Below, piece after piece: positions 1-9,739 of a stretch of DNA of 64,000 nucleotides. The first letter of the stretch is position 1; the number at the start of each line of letters is the position of its first letter. A program made the translations under genes and the position numbers. Origin of the DNA: an uncultured bacterium (GTDB taxonomy: Bacteria; Planctomycetota; JAJSAM01; JAJVHW01). The stretch covers positions 242,444-306,443 of the forward strand of contig CALKVK010000032.1 in the NCBI GenBank assembly GCA_937996235.1. Direction: 5' to 3'. The notes beneath the pieces were generated by a model. The model saw only the letters and a program-made list of their open reading frames with translations. It was not told the DNA's origin and ran no database searches.

Positions 1-205
1 CTTCGAGCTGTTCCAGATGGACTCCACGCTGCGCGAGATGTGCTTCCGCGGCGAGAGCTCCATGCGCCTGCGCGAGCAGGCGAAGGTCGCGGGCGGCCTC
101 GTGTCGCTCATGGAGGACGGCGTCCGGAAGTTCCTCGCCGGCACCACGACGATCGAGGAGGTCCTCACCGTCGCGGTCGCGGGCGAGTCGATCGGCGGCT
201 CCTGA
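1..205 (+). CDS. C-terminal end of a GspE/PilB-family secretion ATPase (5'-truncated by the window edge)
   Basis: Frame 2 reads ...FELFQMDSTLREMCFRGESSMRLREQAKVAGGLVSLMEDGVRKFLAGTTTIEEV, the typical C-terminus of type II/IV secretion ATPases. The stop codon is TGA at 203-205, 42 bp upstream of pilT. Confidence 0.6.
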   Translation, partial: FELFQMDSTLREMCFRGESSMRLREQAKVAGGLVSLMEDGVRKFLAGTTTIEEVLTVAVAGESIGGS

Positions 206-246
206 GCGGCGCCCGGCGCGCGCCGTCAACGGTGGACTGAGACACG

Positions 247-1353
247 ATGGCCTACGACATCTTCCAGCTCATGGACTTCATCCACGACAAGGGCGGGTCG
301 GACCTGCACCTGTCCGTGGGGCGGCCTCCGACGATCCGCCTGAACGGGCGCATGCGCTCGATCCAGGGCGCGGCGCTCACGCCGGACGACACGATCCACC
401 TCGCGAACCAGCTCATGCCGCCGCGCATGAAGCTCGAGTTCCGCGAGAAGGGCGGCGCCGACTTCAGCTACGCGCACGCCGACAAGTGCCGCTTCCGCTG
501 TGCGGTGTACCGTCAGAAGGGCTGCGTCGGCATCGTGCTGCGCCTGCTCCCGTCACGCATCCTCAGCTTCGAGCAGATCGGGCTCTCGCTGCAGGTGAAG
601 GAGCTGCTCAACCGCCCGCGCGGGCTGATCCTCGTCACGGGCCCCACGGGCTGCGGCAAGACGACGACGCTCGCGACGATGGTCGACCACATCAACCGCT
701 CCTTCGACCACCACATCGTGACGATCGAGGACCCGATCGAGTACTACCACGCGCACGGCCGCTCGATCGTCACGCAGCGCGAGCTCGGCACCGACGTGGG
801 CACGTTCGCCGAGGCGATGCGGCGCGTGCTGCGCATGGACCCGGACGTGATCCTGCTGGGCGAGATGCGCGACCTCGAGACGATCTCGACCGCGATCACG
901 GCGGCCGAGACGGGTCACCTGGTGCTCGGCACGCTGCACACCACGGGCTCGTCCCGCACGATCGACCGCATCATCGACTCGTTCCCGGCCGACCAGCAGG
1001 AGCAGTGCCGCGCGCAGCTCTCGGTGTCGCTCCTCGCGGTCATCTCGCAGGTGCTGATGCCGCGCTCCGACAAGGACGGCGTGGTGGCGGGCTTCGAGAT
1101 CATGATCATGACGCCCGCGATCGAGAACCACATCCGCAAGAACGAGACCTTCAAGATCCGCAGCACGCTGCAGACGTCCCGCAACCAGGGCATGACCCTG
1201 CTCGACGACCACCTGTGGGAGCTCTACAAGAAGGGCACGATCGCCCGCGACACGCTCCTGCAGAAGTGCCAGGACCCGAAGGAGATGCAGCAGAAGCTGG
1301 ACTTCGACGGCCTCGGCGGCGGCCAGGCGGCCGCCCCGAAGAAGGGAACGTAG
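247..1353 (+). CDS. pilT: Type IV pilus retraction ATPase PilT (twitching motility)
   Basis: 368 aa. The N-terminus MAYDIFQLMDFIHDKGGSDLHLSVGRPP is PilT-like. Walker A is GPTGCGKTTT; a Walker B/Asp box and the AIRNLIRE-like region are present. Confidence 0.9.
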   Translation: MAYDIFQLMDFIHDKGGSDLHLSVGRPPTIRLNGRMRSIQGAALTPDDTIHLANQLMPPRMKLEFREKGGADFSYAHADKCRFRCAVYRQKGCVGIVLRLLPSRILSFEQIGLSLQVKELLNRPRGLILVTGPTGCGKTTTLATMVDHINRSFDHHIVTIEDPIEYYHAHGRSIVTQRELGTDVGTFAEAMRRVLRMDPDVILLGEMRDLETISTAITAAETGHLVLGTLHTTGSSRTIDRIIDSFPADQQEQCRAQLSVSLLAVISQVLMPRSDKDGVVAGFEIMIMTPAIENHIRKNETFKIRSTLQTSRNQGMTLLDDHLWELYKKGTIARDTLLQKCQDPKEMQQKLDFDGLGGGQAAAPKKGT

Positions 1354-1356
1354 CGC

Positions 1357-3021
1357 GTGCCTCCCCGCAAGCAACTGCTCGGTCAGATCCTGAAGGGCCT
1401 GCGCATCGGCGTGCACGAGGGCATGATCCAGGAGGCCCTCCAGGTGCAGCGCACGGACGGCGGCCAGATCGGCCAGATCCTCGTGCGGCTCGGGCACGTG
1501 ACCGAACAGCAGCTCATGCTGGCCCTCGGCGTGCAGGCGGGACTCGAGGTCGTCGACCTCGAGCGCGACCCGCCGGATCCGGCGCTCGTCGCGCGCATCG
1601 ACCGGCAGATGGCCGAGATGTTCGTGGTGTGCCCCGTCCGGATGGACGGCGCGAAGATGGTCGTCGCCATCGCGAACCCGCAGAACGCGTCGGTCCTCGA
1701 CGACCTGCGCTTCGTGCTGAACTGCGAGCTCGTGCCCGCCATCGCCGACGAGGCGCAGATCCGGCGCGCGCTGAAGGGCGGCGGGTCCGACGCCGACGCC
1801 ACGGCGCGCGCCGCGGCGGCCGCCCTCGAGTCCGAGGACGAGGGCAACGTCAACGCCGCGCCCGTCGTGAAGCTGCTGAACTACATCATCCTGCAGGCGG
1901 TGAAGGACAAGGCGTCGGACATCCACCTCGAGCCGTTCGAGACCGACTTCAAGGTGCGCTACCGCGTGGACGGCGTGCTGTACGAGCTCGAGCCGCCGCC
2001 GCCGCACCTCGCGACGGCGCTGATCAGCCGCGTGAAGGTCAAGTCGGGTCTCGACATCGCGGAGACGCGTCTGCCGCAGGACGGGCGCATCGACATGGCG
2101 ATCGGCGGCCGCAGCGTGGACCTGCGCGTCTCCACCCTCCCGACGATGTTCGGCGAGAGCTGCGTGATGCGCGTGCTCGACCGCAGCGTGATCTCGCTCG
2201 ACCTGGACCAGGTCGGCATGCGACCCGACGAGCTGGCCCAGTTCCGCGCGTTCCTCGGCCACCCGCACGGGATCGTGCTCGTCACGGGTCCCACGGGCTC
2301 CGGCAAGACGACCACGCTGTACTCCGCGCTGAACGAGGCCAACAGCCCGGACGCCAAGATCATCACGACCGAGGACCCCGTCGAGTACGACCTCGACGGC
2401 ATCGTGCAGGTCGCCGTGAACGAGGAGGTCGGGCTCACGTACGGCCGCGCCCTGCGCTCGATCCTGCGCCAGGACCCCGACGTGATCCTGGTGGGCGAGA
2501 TCCGCGACAACGAGACGGCTTCGATCGCCATCGAGGCCGCGCTGACGGGCCACCTGGTGTTCTCGACGGTCCACACGAACGACGCGTCGCTCGCCGTGAC
2601 CCGCATGCTCGACCTCGGCGTGGAGCCGTTCCTGCTCACGGCCACCCTCGACGCGATCGTCGCGCAGCGCCTCGTGCGCCGCGTGTGCACGAAGTGCAAG
2701 CAGTACTACGACCCCGCCGAGGACGTGCTGATGGAGCTCGGTCTCCGTCCCGAGGCCGTCGTCGGGAAGCAGTTCGCGTACGGCAAGGGCTGCGACCACT
2801 GCCACTTCACGGGGTTCAAGGGCCGGACGGCGATCTTCGAGATCCTCACGCTGAGCGACCGCATCCGCGAGCGGATCATGGAGGGCGCGGCGACCGACGA
2901 GATCCGCAACATCGCGAAGGAGCAGGGGATGCGCACCCTGCGCGACTCCGGACTGCTCTCCATCTACGACGGCGTGACGACCGTCGAAGAGGTGCTCCGC
3001 GAGACCATCGACGTGATGTGA
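1357..3021 (+). CDS. pilB: Type IV pilus assembly ATPase (GspE/PilB family) with an N-terminal GspII/T2SE_Nter domain
   Basis: 554 aa, GTG start 4 nt after the pilT stop. The N-terminal domain is (EALQVQ..GQILV..G.VTEQQL) and Walker A is GPTGSGKTTT. A CxxC...CxxC tetracysteine (CTKCKQYY...CDHCHFTG) is typical of PilB/GspE. Confidence 0.85.
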   Translation: MPPRKQLLGQILKGLRIGVHEGMIQEALQVQRTDGGQIGQILVRLGHVTEQQLMLALGVQAGLEVVDLERDPPDPALVARIDRQMAEMFVVCPVRMDGAKMVVAIANPQNASVLDDLRFVLNCELVPAIADEAQIRRALKGGGSDADATARAAAAALESEDEGNVNAAPVVKLLNYIILQAVKDKASDIHLEPFETDFKVRYRVDGVLYELEPPPPHLATALISRVKVKSGLDIAETRLPQDGRIDMAIGGRSVDLRVSTLPTMFGESCVMRVLDRSVISLDLDQVGMRPDELAQFRAFLGHPHGIVLVTGPTGSGKTTTLYSALNEANSPDAKIITTEDPVEYDLDGIVQVAVNEEVGLTYGRALRSILRQDPDVILVGEIRDNETASIAIEAALTGHLVFSTVHTNDASLAVTRMLDLGVEPFLLTATLDAIVAQRLVRRVCTKCKQYYDPAEDVLMELGLRPEAVVGKQFAYGKGCDHCHFTGFKGRTAIFEILTLSDRIRERIMEGAATDEIRNIAKEQGMRTLRDSGLLSIYDGVTTVEEVLRETIDVM

Positions 3022-3181
3022 AGCGACGTCGCGCCGGGCACGCGGAGGGGGGCAACTTTCCGCGTGCCGAGCGGCAGGCCACGGATGTACAGTCAGGGCG
3101 ACGTGGGAAGGCGCTCCGCACGAGCGCCGGCGCTCCTCGTGGAGCCCGGCCGGGCGGTCGGCGTCTGCGTGCTACAGGGAG

Positions 3182-4318
3182 GTGACGATGCCGCCGAAGG
3201 CGTCGGCCGCGGCAGCGGGCGGAGCGAAGGCCTCGAGGACGCGGGTCAGCGAGAAGGTGCTGACCGAGTTCACGTCGAATCTGGCCGTCCTCCAGGACGC
3301 CGGCCTGCCGATCGTGCGCTCGCTGAAGATCCTCGAGGGGCAGACCCGCGTCGGTCCCTTCAAGAAGACCCTCGTGGGCGTCTACGAGGACGTCGAGTCG
3401 GGCAACTCGCTGTCCGAGGCGATGGCCAAGCACCCGGGCGTCTTCGACGCGCTCTACACCAACATGGTGAAGGCGGGTGAGGCCGGCGGCATCCTGGACA
3501 CCATCCTGCAGCGCCTGGCCGAGTTCAAGGAGAAGAGCCAGAAGCTGAGGCGCAAGGTGCAGGGCGCGATGTTCTACCCGGTGGTCGTCACCATCGTCGC
3601 GACCGGCCTGCTCGGCTTCATCATGGTGTTCGTGGTGCCCAAGTTCAAGCAGGTGTACTCCACGATCACCACGAAGGACGGCAAGCCGCTCGAGCTGCCC
3701 GCCATCACGACGTTCCTGCTCGACGCGGCGGACTGGCTGATCCACGGCACCGAGAACTTCAAGGTGCCCGGCGCCGTGATCCTGCCGGTGCTCCTGATCC
3801 TGATCTTCATCGCGCTCCAGGCGGCGGCCCGCACGAAGGGCGGACGCGCGTTCTTCGACGGCCTCTGGCTCAAGACGCCCGTGCTCGGCCCCGTGGTGCG
3901 CATGACCATCGTCGCGCGCTTCACGCGCACGCTCGGCACGCTGCTCAACTCCGGCGTGCCGATCCTCGAGGCGCTGAACATCGTCCGCGGCGCGATCGGC
4001 AACGTGCACCTGCAGGCCGCGATCCAGCGCGTGCACGACGCGATCAAGGAAGGCGAGACCATGGCCGAGCCGCTCGGCAAGAGCGGCATCTTCGACGACA
4101 TGGTCGTGAACATGATCGACGTCGGCGAGGAGACGGGCGAGCTCGACAAGATGCTCATCCGCATCGCCGACAACTACGACGACCAGGTCGACGTGCGCCT
4201 GAACGCGCTGATCTCGATCCTGGAGCCGGCCCTGATCGTGGTCATGGGCGGCGCCGTGGCCTGCATCGTGTTCGCGATCTTCCTGCCGATGCTGAAGATC
4301 GTCGAGTCGCTCGGCTAG
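3182..4318 (+). CDS. pilC: Type IV pilus inner-membrane platform protein PilC (GspF family)
   Basis: 378 aa. Duplicated GspF domains and three TM segments are visible. The RBS GGGAGG precedes it. An alternative ATG start lies at 3188. Confidence 0.85.
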   Translation: MTMPPKASAAAAGGAKASRTRVSEKVLTEFTSNLAVLQDAGLPIVRSLKILEGQTRVGPFKKTLVGVYEDVESGNSLSEAMAKHPGVFDALYTNMVKAGEAGGILDTILQRLAEFKEKSQKLRRKVQGAMFYPVVVTIVATGLLGFIMVFVVPKFKQVYSTITTKDGKPLELPAITTFLLDAADWLIHGTENFKVPGAVILPVLLILIFIALQAAARTKGGRAFFDGLWLKTPVLGPVVRMTIVARFTRTLGTLLNSGVPILEALNIVRGAIGNVHLQAAIQRVHDAIKEGETMAEPLGKSGIFDDMVVNMIDVGEETGELDKMLIRIADNYDDQVDVRLNALISILEPALIVVMGGAVACIVFAIFLPMLKIVESLG

Positions 4319-4442
4319 CCGAGCCCGCGCGCGCGACGGTGGGGCCGTCTCGGATCCCGCCGTCGCGCCGCGCGCGCGCACGTCCTCCCTCCGCCGGCGC
4401 TGCGTCGTGCCGGGCTGCGCCGCGCGGTAGTCTGCGCGCTGC

Positions 4443-5942
4443 ATGACGCTCCGCTCGCGGCTGTTCGGCGCGATCGGCATCACGCTCGCCGTGGTGCTGG
4501 CCGTGCTCGTGACCGTGACCGTCTCGCTCGAGTCGGCGCGCGAGGACCGGCGCCGGGAGCTGCAGCAGGCGGCGCTCGAGTTCGCGGCGAGCCTGGCCGC
4601 GAAGGTCCCGTACGAGCAGTACCTCGACACGCAGCTCCTGGTCGACGGGCGCCTGCACCCGAGCCTCTCGTCGCTGGCCGTCTACCAGGTGGACCGCGAG
4701 GGCGAGCTGCAGCCCCTCCAGCGCTACGGGCGCATCGCCGCCGACGCGGAGCTCGAGGCGCGGGTCCTGCCGCTCGTGCGTGAGGTGCGCGACGAGAACG
4801 TGGCGGTGCGGCGCTTCCACCGCGGGAGCTGGGTCGCAGCCGTCCCGGTCGCGCGCGGACGCGGCGAGGCGTCGGGCGGAGAGGGGCGCGACGCGTTCGC
4901 ATACCTGGAGTTCCGACCGCTCGCGCTCGACACGCTCGCCGTCGGCCGCGTGACCTTCTTCGTCATCGTCGCGTCCGGCGGCCTGCTCCTGCTGCTCGTC
5001 TGGCTGATCGTGGACCGCGTCGTCGCGCGGCCTCTGCGCGACGTGGTCGCTGCAGCGCAGCGCGTGGCGGAGGGCGACTACTCGCGCGCGGTGCCCGCGA
5101 CCGGCGCCGACGACGAGATCCAGACGGTCGTCGACGCGTTCAACGCGATGATGCTCGAGATCGGCATGCTGCACGAGCGCATGCAGGACCGGATCGGCGA
5201 GGCGCTGCGCACCGCGCATCGCACGCAGGAGTCGCTCGTGATCGCGCAGCGCCTCGCGGCGACCGGCACGCTCGCGGCCGGGATCGCCCACGAGGTCAAC
5301 AACCCGCTCGGCGGCATGGTCAACGCCGTCCACGCGCTGCGCACCAAGGAGATGACCCCCGAGCGGCGCGACGAGTACCTGGAGCTGGTGGAGGACGGGC
5401 TGCGCCGCATCCAGGAGACGGTCGCCAAGATCCTGCGCTTCACACCGCACCGCGTCGCACCGCAGGCGGTCGAGCTGTCCGACGTCGTGCGCCCGGCACT
5501 GGGGCTCGTGCGCCACCGCCTCGACCGCGAGGGAGTCGCCGTCGAGGTCCACGCGCCGCAGGAGCCCGTCCTCGTGTTCGGCGACTTCTACGAGCTGCAG
5601 CAGGCGCTCCTGAACGTGCTCATCAACGCCCTCGACGCGCTCGAGGAGGCGCACCGCGACGCGCCGCGGATCGAGATCCACGTGACGGGCGACGCGCAGG
5701 AGGCCCGCCTGCTCGTCCGGGACAACGGCGTCGGCATGGCCCCTGCCGACGTGCCGCGGGCGTTCGACCTGTTCTTCACCACCAAGGAGCAGGGGCGCGG
5801 ATCCGGGCTCGGGCTCGCGACCGTCCACAAGATCCTCGAAGACCACGGCGGGCGCGTGGTGCTCACCCCCCGGGCGGGGGAGGGGATGGACGTCACCTTC
5901 GTCCTGCCCCGGCTCCGTCCGCCCGGCGCGACCGTGGCGTGA
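4443..5942 (+). CDS. Sensor histidine kinase (PilS-like position; TM + HAMP + HisKA + HATPase_c)
   Basis: 499 aa. It has an N-terminal TM helix and a second TM (FFVIVASGGLLLLLVWLIV). The H-box is IAHEVNNPLGG; N, G1 (DNGVGM) and G2 (GSGLGL) boxes are present. Confidence 0.85.
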   Translation: MTLRSRLFGAIGITLAVVLAVLVTVTVSLESAREDRRRELQQAALEFAASLAAKVPYEQYLDTQLLVDGRLHPSLSSLAVYQVDREGELQPLQRYGRIAADAELEARVLPLVREVRDENVAVRRFHRGSWVAAVPVARGRGEASGGEGRDAFAYLEFRPLALDTLAVGRVTFFVIVASGGLLLLLVWLIVDRVVARPLRDVVAAAQRVAEGDYSRAVPATGADDEIQTVVDAFNAMMLEIGMLHERMQDRIGEALRTAHRTQESLVIAQRLAATGTLAAGIAHEVNNPLGGMVNAVHALRTKEMTPERRDEYLELVEDGLRRIQETVAKILRFTPHRVAPQAVELSDVVRPALGLVRHRLDREGVAVEVHAPQEPVLVFGDFYELQQALLNVLINALDALEEAHRDAPRIEIHVTGDAQEARLLVRDNGVGMAPADVPRAFDLFFTTKEQGRGSGLGLATVHKILEDHGGRVVLTPRAGEGMDVTFVLPRLRPPGATVA

Positions 5943-6041
5943 CACGGCGGGGCGAGGGTGCGCGCCCGCACGCTCGTGGGGCGGCGGACGTGTGCTGCTA
6001 CCCTGTGCAGGGTCCCGCCGGCAGGGACCGCGGAGGATTCC

Positions 6042-6503
6042 ATGCGCGACCTGAGGAACTGGGCGATCTACGGGCTGTCCGTCGCGTGCGCCTTCCTGCT
6101 CGGAACCGTGCTCAGCCACGGCATCGAGCCGGCGCTGGCGCAGCAGCAGGCCTCGTCGAACTACGGCGACGCGACCGTCTCCTCGAACGGGCGGTACATC
6201 GCCGCGACGGGGGCCGTCGGGAGCGGCATGAGCGTGCTCTGGCTGGTCGACACGCAGGAGCGCCGCGTGGTCGTCTACGGCACGAGCAACTTGGGGAAAA
6301 GTATTGAGTTGCGCGCCGCGCGAAACATAGAGTGGGACCTGCGGCTCGACGAGTACCACGACGAGTCGCAGTACAAGGCGGAGGATCTCGAGCGGCTCTC
6401 CCAGCGCCAGAAGGAACGGCAGTCCCAGAAGGAGCAGAAGCCGGGTTCCGGGCAGAACCCGGACGACGGCGCGAAGGCGCCGGGCTCCGGCAAGGGCGAC
6501 TGA
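6042..6503 (+). CDS. Hypothetical secreted/membrane-anchored protein with a low-complexity KE-rich C-terminus
   Basis: ATG at 6042 is preceded by GGAGG. The N-terminus MRDLRNWAIYGLSVACAFLLGTVLS is a signal or TM segment. The ORF in the track begins upstream at 5958. Confidence 0.45.
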   Translation: MRDLRNWAIYGLSVACAFLLGTVLSHGIEPALAQQQASSNYGDATVSSNGRYIAATGAVGSGMSVLWLVDTQERRVVVYGTSNLGKSIELRAARNIEWDLRLDEYHDESQYKAEDLERLSQRQKERQSQKEQKPGSGQNPDDGAKAPGSGKGD

Positions 6504-6611
6504 TCCCGGACGGCGCGGGCGGCTCCACGGGCGGAGCGCCCACGGGCGCGCTCGACGGACGACGACGTCGGTGGCAGACGGACCGGATCGCGGTCCGCCG
6601 GAGGTGATCGA

Positions 6612-7253
6612 GTGGGCAAGAGCGGTGAGTTCTTCACGTTCGACGAGGTCCTGCGGAAGCTCAAGATCGACGAGACGAAGCTGAAGCGGCTCGTCTCCGA
6701 GGGCGAGATCCGTGCCTTCCGCGAGGGTGAGGAGATGAAGTTCCGGCGCGCCGACGTCGAGAACCTCGACGTCGCCGGCGCACGCTCCGAGGAGGAGACG
6801 GGCGTCATCGACCTCTCCGCCGGTTCGGACTCGTCCGAGACCCTCACCGACGACCTGATCTTCGACGAGGGCGACGATCTCGACCTCAACGCCGACGCCG
6901 GTCTCGCGACCGCCGAGATCTCGAGCCAGGACACGCTGGTCGACGAGGAGATCGGCATGAGCACCGAGCCCCTCGGCGTCGCCTCCGGTGCGATGACCGA
7001 GGTGGTCGAGCCGGATGACGAGGACGACGAGCCCGTCGCCCGTCCGGCCGCCCGCCGCCCGGAGCGCGCCGCCGCGGCCGAGCAGCCGAGCGACCTGCCG
7101 TGGGCGCTCGTGATGACCGTCACGGCGGTGTTCATGATCCTCGGCGCGCTCGTGGTGCGCGGCGCGTCCGACGCGGTCCACGGCGACAAGCCGGTCTTCG
7201 ACACGGCGAAGAGCCTCGCGAACACCTTCGGGCAGAAGGTCGACGGGCGCTAG
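6612..7253 (+). CDS. Hypothetical protein: N-terminal HTH-like (Xis/MerR-type) motif, acidic linker, C-terminal TM helix
   Basis: GTG start at 6612 follows GGAGGTGAT. Residues 1-50 (FFTFDEVLRKLKIDETKLKRLVSEGEIRAF) resemble HTH_17/excisionase folds. A D/E-rich linker follows. The C-terminus ALVMTVTAVFMILGALVV is hydrophobic. Confidence 0.5.
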   Translation: MGKSGEFFTFDEVLRKLKIDETKLKRLVSEGEIRAFREGEEMKFRRADVENLDVAGARSEEETGVIDLSAGSDSSETLTDDLIFDEGDDLDLNADAGLATAEISSQDTLVDEEIGMSTEPLGVASGAMTEVVEPDDEDDEPVARPAARRPERAAAAEQPSDLPWALVMTVTAVFMILGALVVRGASDAVHGDKPVFDTAKSLANTFGQKVDGR

Positions 7254-7443
7254 CCGCGGGCGCGTCCCGTTCCGCCCGCGCGTGCGGAGCACGCCGCGAC
7301 ACGGAACGGGGGCGCACGTCACGACGTCCAAGCGAGGGCGCACCGGCCGAGCCGGTGCGCCCTCGGCGATTCACGGCGTCGACGGCGCCGTGCCGTCAGC
7401 AGAGGAAGCGATCCGGGTGCTGCGACTCCAGAGTCCGCGTGTG

Positions 7444-8667
7444 ATGGCGTGGGGCCTGCGGCTCGCGGTCCTCCTCGCCGCGGCATGCGTGTGCGCGACC
7501 GCACCCGTCCGAGCCGAGGAGGCGCGCGACGCCGTCGGCTGGAACGAGCGCGGCCTGAAGCTGACGGAGGACGGGCGCCACCTCGAGGCCGTCGAGGCGT
7601 TCGTCAAGGCGCTCGACCTGTCGCCCGACGACGCGGTGATCCGTCGCAACCTCGCGCTCGCGCGCTCGAACCTCGCGGTCGCGCTCCTAGCGAAGGGCGA
7701 CGTCGACCATGCGGCGCACCACGCGGAGGAGGCGCTCCGACTGCAGCCGGCCGATCCGGTCGTCGTCCTCAACCTGGCTGCGTGCCGCGACGAGCAGGGC
7801 TATCCCACGCGCGCGGCGGAGCTCGTGCGGCGCGCGCGGGAACTGGGGCCCAGGGACGCCGACGTCCGCGAGCGGATGGGGGCGGTGCTCTATCGCGAAG
7901 GCGATCTCGGCGGCGCGATCTCCGAGTGGACGGTGGCGCTCGCGCTCCGGCCCGACGCGTCCGCGCTGGCGGAGCGACTCGAGCGCGCGCGCCGCTCGAA
8001 GGCGGTCGAGGACGCGCTGACCTCGCAGCTCTCCGCGCACTTCGAGGTGCTGCACGACGCGCAGAGCGCCGTCCTCGCGTCCCTCGTGCTGCGCGAGCTC
8101 GAGGAGGCGCAGCGCGTCGTCACCGCCGAGATCCAGGCGACTCCGCCCTCGCCGGTGCGGGTCGTCCTGCTCTCCGCGGAGGAGTTCCGCGAGACGACCG
8201 GCGCGAGCGCGTGGGTGGCCGGGCTCTACGACGGTCGCATCCGGCTGCCCGTGCGCGGCGTGCGCGACCGCGCGGCACTGCTCGCGCGGGCCCGCCACGA
8301 GTACGTCCACGCCGCGCTCGCGGGACTCGGGCGGCGCGCGCCCTCGTGGCTCCACGAGGGACTGGCGCAGGTGGTGGAGCAGCGTGCGCGCGCGGATGCC
8401 GTGGCGCGTCTGCGGCGCTCCGGGGCGCCCGACTTCGCGACGCTCTCCCGGGCGTTCTCGACGACGTCCGGCGAGGCGGTCGCGCGGACGCTCTACGACA
8501 CCGCGCTGGCGTTCGTCGCGTGGCTGCGCGAGGGGGAGCGCGGGACCCGGTTCCGCTTCGCGCTCTCGCGCCTGTTCGCGGACGACTCCCTCGACGCCGC
8601 CTTCCGCGCGGGCTACGACGCGACGCCTGCCGAACTCTACGAGGCGTTTCGCGCCTCCTTGCGCTGA
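7444..8667 (+). CDS. Secreted TPR-repeat protein
   Basis: Signal peptide MAWGLRLAVLLAAACVCATAPVRA. Multiple TPR-like units are visible (AVEAFVKALDLSPDDAVIRRNLALA...). The track ORF starts upstream at 7282. Confidence 0.7.
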   Translation: MAWGLRLAVLLAAACVCATAPVRAEEARDAVGWNERGLKLTEDGRHLEAVEAFVKALDLSPDDAVIRRNLALARSNLAVALLAKGDVDHAAHHAEEALRLQPADPVVVLNLAACRDEQGYPTRAAELVRRARELGPRDADVRERMGAVLYREGDLGGAISEWTVALALRPDASALAERLERARRSKAVEDALTSQLSAHFEVLHDAQSAVLASLVLRELEEAQRVVTAEIQATPPSPVRVVLLSAEEFRETTGASAWVAGLYDGRIRLPVRGVRDRAALLARARHEYVHAALAGLGRRAPSWLHEGLAQVVEQRARADAVARLRRSGAPDFATLSRAFSTTSGEAVARTLYDTALAFVAWLREGERGTRFRFALSRLFADDSLDAAFRAGYDATPAELYEAFRASLR

Positions 8668-8766
8668 CGCGCACATGCGCTGCCGCGTGCCGCGATCGCG
8701 CGCACCGATGTAACCGCGCGCCTCCTCGCGTGTCCCTGGGCGTGGGCGCCGCACGGTGCGCCCAGC

Positions 8767-9543
8767 GTGCACGACCGAGGAGTGCCCATGCCGCCGCCCG
8801 ACGTCCGCGACATCGCCAGCGCAGGTGTTCCTGCCCGAAGCGCCACGCCCGGCGCCGAGGCCCAGCCGGCCACGGAGTCGGCGCCTGCGTGTGCGCCGCG
8901 TCCGCGCGAGCGGCTGTTCGGCGGCGGGCCCGCGCTGCTGCACGACTCCGAGGTCCTCGCGCTGCTCCTCGGTACCGGCGTTGCCGGAGCTCCTGCGCCG
9001 GCGCTCGCCGCGCGCCTCCTCGACGCGGCGGGCGGCCTGCGCGCGCTGCTCGCGCGGACGCCCGAGGAGCTCGCGGCCCTCCCGGGCCTCGGCGCGGCGC
9101 GCGCCGCGCGTCTCCTGGCCGCGGCGGAGCTCGGGCGTCGCGCGCTCGAGCAGCCGCTGCGCCGCGGGCTGCCGTTCCGCTCGAGCCGCGACGTCTTCCG
9201 CCACTTCGCCCCGCGCCTCGCCGACCTCGCGGTCGAGCAGTTCCACGCGCTGCTCCTCGACGGCAAGCACCGCGTGCTCCGCGACGTCCTCGTCTCGCAG
9301 GGCACGCTCACCTCCTCGCCCGTGCACCCGCGCGAGGTGTTCGGCTGCGCCATGCGGCACGGCGCGGCGGCGGTCGTGCTGTTGCACAACCACCCGTCCG
9401 GGGATCCGACGCCATCCTCCGACGACCTCGACGTCACGCGGCGGCTGTGCCAGGTGGGGGAGCTCGTGGGCATCCGCGTCCTCGACCACGTCGTCGTCGG
9501 CGACGGCAGCTATGCGTCGCTCGCCGATCGCGGCCTGATGTGA
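8767..9543 (+). CDS. radC: RadC-family JAB/MPN domain protein (DNA repair protein RadC homolog)
   Basis: HhH-like N-terminus and the JAMM motif HNHPSGDPTPSSDDLDVTRRL. The start is uncertain; alternative ATG at 8788. Confidence 0.8.
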   Translation: MHDRGVPMPPPDVRDIASAGVPARSATPGAEAQPATESAPACAPRPRERLFGGGPALLHDSEVLALLLGTGVAGAPAPALAARLLDAAGGLRALLARTPEELAALPGLGAARAARLLAAAELGRRALEQPLRRGLPFRSSRDVFRHFAPRLADLAVEQFHALLLDGKHRVLRDVLVSQGTLTSSPVHPREVFGCAMRHGAAAVVLLHNHPSGDPTPSSDDLDVTRRLCQVGELVGIRVLDHVVVGDGSYASLADRGLM

Positions 9544-9739
9544 GGGCGCCGGCCGGACGTCGCGCCGGTGCGCGGGCCACGCGCGCTCCGCGCGCGGTCG
9601 CGTGCGCGCGCGGTCGGGCCGCACGACCGCGCACGCACGAGAGTCCTGCACGTGACGCAGGTCTCCGTCGCTGCCGGCGCCGCGACCTACCCTGACCGTC
9701 GCGCCCGCCGTCGGCCGACGGCCCGCGCGGAGGTCTCCG

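Noticed and set aside
486-3185. 899-aa plus-strand ORF and 750-aa minus-strand ORF (553..2805) overlapping pilT/pilB
   Set aside because: Arg/Ala/Pro/Gly-rich low-complexity translations are typical of off-frame ORFs in >70% GC DNA. pilT and pilB in the other frames have clear motifs.
4242-7343. 1033-aa minus-strand ORF spanning the histidine kinase and downstream genes
   Set aside because: It is antisense to a well-supported sensor kinase. The composition is low-complexity (R/A/G/P). No motifs.
7449-9695. 748-aa plus-strand ORF and 654-aa minus-strand ORF (7687..9651) over the TPR and RadC genes
   Set aside because: Frame artefacts. The TPR protein (signal peptide + repeats) and RadC (JAMM motif) occupy other frames and are convincing.
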